From the IMG/VR virus record IMGVR_UViG_3300045988_073791: a stretch of 40,084 bases of DNA. One strand, written 5' to 3'. Below the pieces are notes generated by a model. The model was not told where the DNA came from, ran no database searches, and was given only the letters and a program-made list of their open reading frames with translations. Positions 34,421-40,084 of the stretch are shown one piece after another (positions within the stretch are counted from its first letter, which is position 1; each line of letters begins with the position of its first letter). A program made the position numbers and the translations under genes. This DNA is from a virus.

Positions 34421-35190
34421 CAGATAAAGATATGGCGAAGAAAACAAAAACTTTAGGAACAGTTACGACAGTAACGAGTATGAACACGTCACAGTACATA
34501 CCGCTAACCGATAGCAGCGGCAACGTGACAAAAATAACGCTGGCAAACCTCAAAGCATCTTTGCTGGCTGGTCTGAACCTCAACGCAATGAATGACGGCG
34601 TATTTATCATGTTTCACAGAAAGAGTGATAATTACCCGCTGGCAGTCAAGCCGGACAAATGGGCAAGTTACCAGAACAGCGGCGAGATAGCGGAGGGCGT
34701 ATTAGTCGTAGAGGGCGGCAAGATGCTGGTAGTAGCACCCACCGAAGCTACGCTGTACTGGAGTAGTGCGGCGGTAAGTGCAGGCGGTAAGACTACGAGC
34801 GACCGACTAACCGCACTGGATGACTGGGCAGGAAAGACCAGCACGGCTGCGCAGATTACGCACAACGAATGTAAGACGGAAAGTTATGCGCCGGGCTTCT
34901 GTGCCTCTTATTCCAGAACCAACGCAAACGGCAAAGGACTGACCGCCGGGCGATGGTGGCTACCGTCTTTGGGTGAGTTGATGATGATTTATGCGAATAT
35001 GCGTAAAATCAATTATGCCCTATCGCTGATTAACGGAGCGACCCAGTTAGCCGAAACCGCATACTGGAGTAGTACCGAGTCCAGCGCGATCGATGCGTGG
35101 GATTTGTACCTCAGCAATGGCGACGCGCACAACGGCACTAAGGCAACGTACCAGTATCGAGTTAGGCCCGTTTCAGCATTTTTGAATTAA
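34405..35190 (+). CDS. DGR variable protein 1 (tail-module target), DUF1566/C-type-lectin-fold-like C-terminal domain
   Basis: LPSLGELMMIYANM...AYWSSTESSAIDAWDLYLSNGDAHNGTKATYQYRVRPVSAF, with the 3' 101 nt matching the TR. An alternative start is ATG 34432 (MAKKTKTLGT). Confidence 0.88.
   Translation: MDDHLTDKDMAKKTKTLGTVTTVTSMNTSQYIPLTDSSGNVTKITLANLKASLLAGLNLNAMNDGVFIMFHRKSDNYPLAVKPDKWASYQNSGEIAEGVLVVEGGKMLVVAPTEATLYWSSAAVSAGGKTTSDRLTALDDWAGKTSTAAQITHNECKTESYAPGFCASYSRTNANGKGLTAGRWWLPSLGELMMIYANMRKINYALSLINGATQLAETAYWSSTESSAIDAWDLYLSNGDAHNGTKATYQYRVRPVSAFLN
35078..35178 (+). repeat. DGR variable repeat VR1
   Basis: A 101-nt alignment to the TR gives 12 differences. Eleven are at TR adenines and one is C->T (TR 35793 / VR 35090). 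Confidence 0.9.
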
Positions 35191-35217
35191 TAGTTAATTG
35201 TTAGACTTTAACCTTTA

Positions 35218-35237
35218 TGTGCGGCGGTAGCCGCACA
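35218..35237 (+). promoter_or_regulatory. GC hairpin with GGTA loop 39 nt downstream of VR1 (candidate DGR target-recognition element and/or terminator)
   Basis: tgtgcggc-ggta-gccgcaca forms a perfect 8-bp stem. Confidence 0.55.
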
Positions 35238-35283
35238 AGACATAGAAATTTCCATTTACCCGCTATAGAGCAAAATTTGAGAT

Positions 35284-35664
35284 ATGAATAAATCAAAACT
35301 GGTATCAAACACGCAGATATATTTAGACTGCCGTAAACTGTTAGACGAAATTCTGGATATTACGCCTAACTTTCCGAGAGCCTACAAGTTTAGCGTAGGC
35401 AGCAAGATGCACGACATAGGCGTAAATCTTATATCCGAAATATCGGCGGCCTACATAAACCGGGATAGACAAACCCGTATCCAGCATTTGGTAAATTTCC
35501 AGTCGCAGTTTGAAGTATTGAAAACTTTGCTGCGCATAGCGGGTGAAAGGAAATGGATATTAGGCAGAAGCAGGCACGCAAATATTATCGAACTGACGGA
35601 CGCGATAGGCAAACAGTCTACTGCGTGGAAGAACTCACTATTAAAAATTATCAGCAATGTATAG
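35284..35664 (+). CDS. avd: DGR accessory variability determinant (Avd-like four-helix-bundle protein)
   Basis: 126 aa, basic and helical, positioned between the target gene and the TR/RT. Motifs such as FPRAYKFSVGSKM resemble the four-helix-bundle (23S rRNA-IVS protein) family. Confidence 0.8.
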   Translation: MNKSKLVSNTQIYLDCRKLLDEILDITPNFPRAYKFSVGSKMHDIGVNLISEISAAYINRDRQTRIQHLVNFQSQFEVLKTLLRIAGERKWILGRSRHANIIELTDAIGKQSTAWKNSLLKIISNV

Positions 35665-35780
35665 CGAGTAAATGCCAGATTTGGAAAGTTACGACTAACC
35701 GAGCGTGCAAGTTATCTGTAAAAATGGGCTGCGCACTATCTTTTATAGTTAAGACCAAGTAAGAGCGGCACGAAGTTGCG

Positions 35781-35881
35781 AGTACAGCGCGACCAATGCG
35801 TGGAATTTGAACCTCAACAATGGCAACGCGAACAACAACACTAAGGCAACGAACCAGAATCGAGTTAGGCCCGTTTCAGCA
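35781..35881 (+). repeat. DGR template repeat (TR), non-coding RNA template
   Basis: Intergenic. By my count it has 36 A in 101 nt. Read in the target frame it gives YSATNAWNLNLNNGNANNNTKATNQNRVRPVSA, Asn AAC/AAT-rich. It matches VR1 and VR2. Confidence 0.9.
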
Positions 35882-35922
35882 CTTTTTCAGATGAACCGAC
35901 ACACTAAGTAAGATAAAAGGAT

Positions 35923-37107
35923 ATGGTTACTACGGACGGATTGTTAGAAGCATATTTTGACTGCCGCAAAAGTAAGCGGAGAACAGCCAGTGCCATTATG
36001 TACGAAATAGACTACGGTAGCAAGTTAATAGCACTTCGCGACCGTATAAATGACCGTACCTATCGCCCCGGTAAGTCTATCTGTTTTGTCGTAACGCGCC
36101 CACGGTATCGAGAAGTATTTGCGGCTTCTTTTGAGGACAGAATAGTACATCACTGGATAGCCCTACGGCTGGAGCCGCTTTTTGAAGAAGTGTTTAGCCC
36201 ACGCACGTTTAACTGCCGGAAAGGCAAAGGACAGATGTACGGTGTTACGATGCTGCACAACGACATTAAGGAGTGCAGCCAGAACTATACCCGTGACTGC
36301 TATATAGCGAAACTGGATTTGCAGGGCTTCTTTATGTCTATAAACAAAGCCATGCTGGCTGAAATGATAGACAAATTTATACTGGAGCGTTACAAAGGTG
36401 ATGACATAGAGGATTTGCGTTTCCTTTGCCGGGTGGTTATCCTGCACAGTCCGGAAAAGAGCTGCGAAAGACACAGCCCACTGCATTACTGGGATTATCT
36501 ACCTGCAAACAAATCGCTGTTTACAAACGGCGAGGGTCTGGGCGTGGCGATAGGTAATCTGTTTGCGCAGCACTTCGCAAATTTCCTGCTTAACATTTTG
36601 GACTGGTATCTGCTAAATGATTTGGGCTTTACCTATGTCGGCAGGTATGTAGATGACTTCTATATACTGGATACCGATAAGCAGAAGATATTAGCCGCTG
36701 TACCGAAAATCCGGGAACTGCTGGGCAAATACGGTCTGACCCTGCACCCGCATAAATTCTATATCCAGCACTACACCAAAGGCGTAGAGTTTACCGGGAA
36801 CGTGGTTAAAAAGCAGCGGATATATGTTTGTAACCGCACGCTGAAAAACTTTGTTATGGCAGTCCGCAGACTGAACCGGGCAGAAACCATAGAGGAAGTA
36901 GAGCACGCAGTTAGCAGCATTAATAGTTATCTGGGCTTCATGCGGCACGCCAACGAATACGGCAAGCGGCGCAAAATCCTAAAGATGCTGGAGCCGCACG
37001 TATTTAAGTGGGTCTATATCCGTGGCCACTTTGAAGTAGTGGTAATCAAAAAGAAGCACCGGCGAAGAACAATAACCCTACAGCGTATTAGAGATGGAAC
37101 ATATTAA
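35923..37107 (+). CDS. DGR reverse transcriptase
   Basis: RT motifs PRYREVFAASFEDRIVHH, AKLDLQGFF, GVAIGNLFAQHFANFLL and GRYVDDFYIL. It is 394 aa and adjacent to the TR. Confidence 0.93.
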   Translation: MVTTDGLLEAYFDCRKSKRRTASAIMYEIDYGSKLIALRDRINDRTYRPGKSICFVVTRPRYREVFAASFEDRIVHHWIALRLEPLFEEVFSPRTFNCRKGKGQMYGVTMLHNDIKECSQNYTRDCYIAKLDLQGFFMSINKAMLAEMIDKFILERYKGDDIEDLRFLCRVVILHSPEKSCERHSPLHYWDYLPANKSLFTNGEGLGVAIGNLFAQHFANFLLNILDWYLLNDLGFTYVGRYVDDFYILDTDKQKILAAVPKIRELLGKYGLTLHPHKFYIQHYTKGVEFTGNVVKKQRIYVCNRTLKNFVMAVRRLNRAETIEEVEHAVSSINSYLGFMRHANEYGKRRKILKMLEPHVFKWVYIRGHFEVVVIKKKHRRRTITLQRIRDGTY

Positions 37108-37306
37108 CGAACCGGAACCGGAAGCAGTGCTGCGGCTATCCGAGTTAGACACCGAATTAATACAGGTACTGGCAAAACACTGGCTGGTAATTGTGGAGCA
37201 GCGAGATAACGATATAGTATTAACGCTACACACTATGACGAATGAAAGAAGCATTAACGATAGTAGTTTCATTGATAACTGCGCTGGGAGGCTGGGAAGC
37301 GATTAA
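37094..37306 (+). CDS. Possible small hypothetical protein
   Basis: ORF overlapping the RT stop codon and the next gene's start. Coding status is uncertain. Confidence 0.3.
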   Translation: MEHINEPEPEAVLRLSELDTELIQVLAKHWLVIVEQRDNDIVLTLHTMTNERSINDSSFIDNCAGRLGSD

Positions 37307-37724
37307 ATATCTGCTGAACCGGAAAACGAACAGCCGAATAGCGGAGGCCAACGCATTTAAGGTAGAACGGGAGGCACTGATAGAGGATTACAAGCGCGTA
37401 CAGGGCGAAGTAGACAAACTGAAAGAACAGGTAGCCAAACTGTACACCGAGATAGACACGCTGAAAAATGACCGTCTGCGGCTGATACAGGAAAACAACG
37501 AGCTGAAATTAGAACTGAAAGAAGCGGAAAAGCACGTTTGTTTGCAGCCGGACGATAAATGCCTGCAACGCCTCAACCCTAACGACCACTGCCGCCTACG
37601 GATGATTTTGCGCGGTGAGTACACCAAAGACCACCCGGACGCAATTATAACAGAAGAAGATATGATGAAACCTAAAAAAGACAAAGAAAATGAGGAAGAT
37701 AGACAAAGTGATAATTCACTGTAG
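37242..37724 (+). CDS. Membrane-anchored coiled-coil protein (holin-like or lysis-accessory candidate)
   Basis: An N-terminal TM helix ALTIVVSLITALGGWEAIKYLL is followed by a heptad-like charged region. It overlaps the amidase gene start. Confidence 0.55.
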   Translation: MKEALTIVVSLITALGGWEAIKYLLNRKTNSRIAEANAFKVEREALIEDYKRVQGEVDKLKEQVAKLYTEIDTLKNDRLRLIQENNELKLELKEAEKHVCLQPDDKCLQRLNPNDHCRLRMILRGEYTKDHPDAIITEEDMMKPKKDKENEEDRQSDNSL

Positions 37725-38091
37725 CGCGACCCCGGAGGGGCGCGACTACACGGTAGCGGACATAGACCGCTGGCACCGGGAAAGAGGGTTTGACGGAATA
37801 GGCTACCACTATGTAGTCTACCGTGATGGAAGCATACACGCCGGGCGTGATGTCGCCAAAATGGGCGCACACTGCAAAGGGCAGAACGCAAACAGTATCG
37901 GTATCTGCTATATCGGCGGCATGACTGCCGACAACAGGCAGGCAAAGGACACCCGGACACCTGCACAGAAAGCCGCACTGCGTGAACTGGTGGAGAAACT
38001 AAAGCGGGAATATCCCGGAATAACCGTACATGGGCATAACGAGTTTGCAAACAAGGCGTGCCCGTGCTTTGATGTCAAAACCGAACTGTAG
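37690..38091 (+). CDS. N-acetylmuramoyl-L-alanine amidase endolysin (Amidase_2/PGRP type)
   Basis: VIIHCSATPEG...GYHYVVYRDG...HNEFANKACPCF (Zn ligands His/His/Cys). Confidence 0.9.
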   Translation: MRKIDKVIIHCSATPEGRDYTVADIDRWHRERGFDGIGYHYVVYRDGSIHAGRDVAKMGAHCKGQNANSIGICYIGGMTADNRQAKDTRTPAQKAALRELVEKLKREYPGITVHGHNEFANKACPCFDVKTEL

Positions 38092-38097
38092 AAGCCT

Positions 38098-38541
38098 ATG
38101 AGATACTTAACAGCACTGATAGCCCTAATGCTGCTGGCAGGCTGCGCCAGCACACGCCGGGCGGTGAACACCTACCAGATGCAGCAAGACAGCACGTATA
38201 GCAGCGTGCAGCGGTTAGACAGCCTATTTAGGGTGATGATGCAACGGGATAGCATCTACCAGCGTGACAGCATCTATATGCGGGAAAAGGGCGATACGGT
38301 TACAAAGTATGTGGAGCGCACCAAATACCGGATAGTGACCCGCACAGACACTGTGTATCGTGACCGTCTGCGTATTGATACGCTGTATATAAACCGCACA
38401 GACAGCGTGACCGTAGAAAAGCCGGTATATATCGAAAAGCAGATGAAGTGGTACGATAAGGGCTTTATTTGGGTAGGCCGTCTGTGCTGTTTGGCTGCTA
38501 TACTTTGGGCTTTATTCCTATATCTGAAACGAAAGTTTTAG
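38098..38541 (+). CDS. Lipoprotein with C-terminal transmembrane helix (unimolecular spanin candidate)
   Basis: MRYLTALIALMLLAGCAS lipobox at the N-terminus, C-terminal TM FIWVGRLCCLAAILWALFLYL followed by KRKF, located directly after the endolysin. Confidence 0.55.
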   Translation: MRYLTALIALMLLAGCASTRRAVNTYQMQQDSTYSSVQRLDSLFRVMMQRDSIYQRDSIYMREKGDTVTKYVERTKYRIVTRTDTVYRDRLRIDTLYINRTDSVTVEKPVYIEKQMKWYDKGFIWVGRLCCLAAILWALFLYLKRKF

Positions 38542-38564
38542 TTTGTTACACATTACACATTTTA

Positions 38565-38594
38565 GCCGTGCAAGCCTGCGAGGGTAAGCGCGGC
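38565..38594 (+). terminator. Possible terminator hairpin between the convergent lysis and integrase genes
   Basis: gccgtgc ... gcgcggc forms a 7-bp stem with one G-U pair and a 16-nt loop, followed by tatttta. It overlaps the int stop codon. Confidence 0.3.
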
Positions 38595-39817
38595 TATTTT
38601 ATTCCGTGCAGCATCCAATCAATTACCCGGCGGTTTGCAGCGTCTATTTTGTCCCGGCTAAACTTAATGTACACCCCGGTTATTTTAGAGCCGTGGACGT
38701 GGCCCAGTGCTTCGCTGATGGTATCTTTCGGTATATCCAAATCCGCCGCATAGGTAGCCCACGAATACCGCGACCAGTAGGACGTAATAGCAGGCTCAAT
38801 GGGCGACATAACCGGCAGATGGTTTTTGTGGTACTGCGCTTTTCCGCCTACCGTCTTAACCGGGCCTATTTTCCGCAGCGCGGCGTTTAAATGTGCCATA
38901 TAGTCTTTGTAGTTATCGTATTTGTCAAACGGTGCCAGCAGATGTTTTTTACCCCTATAGCGGTCTAATATGGCCTGCGTTTCCGGCTCAATTTTGATAC
39001 TATAGAATTTGCCCGTTTTCGCCCGGCGGTATTCTATCCTACCGTCCACGATGCTATCTTTGGTGAGTGCCGCCAAATCTACCATATTGATACCGATAAG
39101 GTAGAACGACAGCAGAAAGATGTCCCGGTATTCCGTATCGTATGCCGACAGCGACAGCCCGGCAAGTTGGCGCATTTTTTCCACTGGCAGTACCCGCATG
39201 GCTGTTTCCTCAGACGGTATGCGGTAGTTTCGGAATGGGTAGTTTTGCGTTATATTTTCGTCCAGCGCATAGTTAATGACATTGCGCAGATTGCGTAGGT
39301 GCATCCCACGGCTGTTTACGGATAGCCCCTGCAAGGAACTGTAAAATCCGTCTATCCATAGTTTCGTTATCTTTTCAAACCGTATCTGGTACGGGTCACA
39401 GTAGGCGGTAAGTTTCTTTAGTGTTTGCTCAAACAGTGTTTTAGTGCCGCCGGACTTCATGCCTATAATCGTATCGAACAGCGTACCAAGTGTGGGAACA
39501 CCGACCGTAGGATTTTCCAAATCCAAATCGGTAAGCATTTCCCGAAGCTGCGGCCCGGTAAGATTACCCCACTGGCCGTTTTCCCGTAATTCCAAAATCC
39601 GGTTAGCCACACGGGTAAGCAGGGTGTCCAGCACTGAGTTTATACGCTTCGCACTTTTGCCGGTAGCCCGGCAGGTGGTAGCATCCCAATCCTCAGCAGA
39701 CAGGAATATACCAGTAGCGAGGTAGAGATTAGAACCGTATCCGACTGCGATTTGCACCGGATATGTGCCGTCTTTGAGTTTGCGCCGGGTATCAAGGCGC
39801 AATTTTGATTTTGCCAT
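38594..39817 (-). CDS. int: Tyrosine recombinase / phage integrase
   Basis: N-terminal arm-binding-like RLDTRRKLKDGTYPVQIAV. Catalytic-region motifs MHLRNLRN, SRYSWATYAA and ALGHVHGSKITGVYI. Confidence 0.9.
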   Translation of the reverse strand: MAKSKLRLDTRRKLKDGTYPVQIAVGYGSNLYLATGIFLSAEDWDATTCRATGKSAKRINSVLDTLLTRVANRILELRENGQWGNLTGPQLREMLTDLDLENPTVGVPTLGTLFDTIIGMKSGGTKTLFEQTLKKLTAYCDPYQIRFEKITKLWIDGFYSSLQGLSVNSRGMHLRNLRNVINYALDENITQNYPFRNYRIPSEETAMRVLPVEKMRQLAGLSLSAYDTEYRDIFLLSFYLIGINMVDLAALTKDSIVDGRIEYRRAKTGKFYSIKIEPETQAILDRYRGKKHLLAPFDKYDNYKDYMAHLNAALRKIGPVKTVGGKAQYHKNHLPVMSPIEPAITSYWSRYSWATYAADLDIPKDTISEALGHVHGSKITGVYIKFSRDKIDAANRRVIDWMLHGIK

Positions 39818-40084
39818 AATCTTTGCTTTGTTTTTGCTGCTTTATAGCTGAAAAATGTCCCCAAATGTACCATAATCTACCATATTAACACCCACCAGCA
39901 ACCACTTTTTAATGTTAATTATCTTATTTGCTTAACTGAAATTTTGCTGACTTTATTTTATAATCGGCTGATATATTGCAGTTTATACAAAATCAAACAC
40001 TATTAAAAATGCTACCAGCGGCTATATGCCTAACTATATAAATGGGATTATTTTAACACACTATAAATCAGTAAGTTAATAACT
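39818..40084. promoter_or_regulatory. AT-rich attP-like region (continues into 56..90 across the circular junction)
   Basis: Non-coding, next to int. It has an imperfect direct repeat, ttatttgcttaactgaaattttgctg (39924..39949) and ttatttgctgaaaatttgctg (64..84). Confidence 0.45.
40030..40084. repeat. Terminal direct repeat, copy 2 (identical to 1..55)
   Basis: Exact 55-nt match to the window start. The window ends exactly at the repeat end. Confidence 0.95.

Larger units (their letters stand above)
34405..37107 (+). mobile_element. Diversity-generating retroelement core cassette (target/VR1 - avd - TR - RT)
   Basis: Canonical DGR component order, with adenine-specific TR/VR mismatches. Confidence 0.9.
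1..40084. mobile_element. Complete temperate tailed-phage genome (HK97-type head, long-tail gene order), apparently circularly closed; unique length 40029 bp
   Basis: Contiguous lysogeny, replication, packaging/head, tail, DGR and lysis modules. The first 55 nt equal the last 55 nt. No recognisable host housekeeping genes. Confidence 0.85.

Noticed and set aside
35553-35762. 69-aa + strand ORF overlapping the avd 3' end and running toward the TR
   Set aside because: It is out of frame inside the well-supported avd gene. The remainder lies in the avd-TR spacer, which is expected to be part of the non-coding DGR RNA.
35781-35881. The TR as a decayed third copy of the target gene (pseudogene) instead of a template
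   Set aside because: There is no upstream ORF context. It sits exactly between avd and the RT. Its variable positions are uniformly AAC/AAT while both VRs differ there. The directionality (A in the TR, any base in the VR) fits a template and not a decayed paralogue.
37388-38050. 220-aa minus-strand ORF across the lysis cassette
   Set aside because: It is antisense to the amidase, which has clear Zn-ligand motifs, and to the coiled-coil gene. Its Arg/Ser/Cys/Pro-rich composition is typical of an antisense reading of GC-rich codons.
1-40084. Alternative genetic code (stop-codon reassignment) as seen in some gut phages
   Set aside because: All modules give long, motif-bearing ORFs under the standard code with TAA, TAG and TGA all used as terminators. 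There are no in-frame stop codons splitting conserved genes. The methyltransferase is the one exception, and its halves cannot be joined by reassigning a single codon type without also disrupting the neighbouring gene ends.

Overview
The window is a complete temperate tailed-phage genome. The first 55 nt are repeated exactly as the last 55 nt, so the contig looks circularly closed, with a unique length of 40029 bp. Nearly all genes are on the + strand. The exception is a minus-strand lysogeny module that wraps around the junction: tyrosine integrase, attP-like AT-rich region, lipoprotein and XRE-type repressor. In order, the + strand carries: small early genes; a replication module (DUF2800 nuclease, DUF2815 SSB, family A DNA polymerase, split C5-methyltransferase, primase/VirE-type helicase, VRR-NUC, SNF2 helicase); HNH plus small and large terminase, portal, prohead protease and HK97-type capsid; connector and tail genes, including a frameshifted chaperone and a repeat-bearing tape measure; tail fibres; and a lysis cassette (membrane coiled-coil protein, amidase, u-spanin-like lipoprotein). 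The standout system is a diversity-generating retroelement (DGR): avd 35284..35664, a 101-nt template repeat (TR) 35781..35881, and a reverse transcriptase 35923..37107. This single TR matches two variable repeats. VR1 (35078..35178) lies at the 3' end of the adjacent tail-module gene. VR2 (8021..8121) lies about 27 kb away, at the 3' end of a paralogous gene inside the early/replication module. TR-VR differences fall almost only at TR adenines, which sit in Asn AAY codons. Both VRs, but not the TR, are followed about 40 nt downstream by a GC hairpin with a 4-nt G..A loop. Secondary observations are G-tract-interrupted genes around the split methyltransferase, iteron-like repeats, a candidate cos region and a possible u-spanin. 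A Bacteroidota-like host is only a weak inference from protein motifs. Novelty cannot be judged without database searches.
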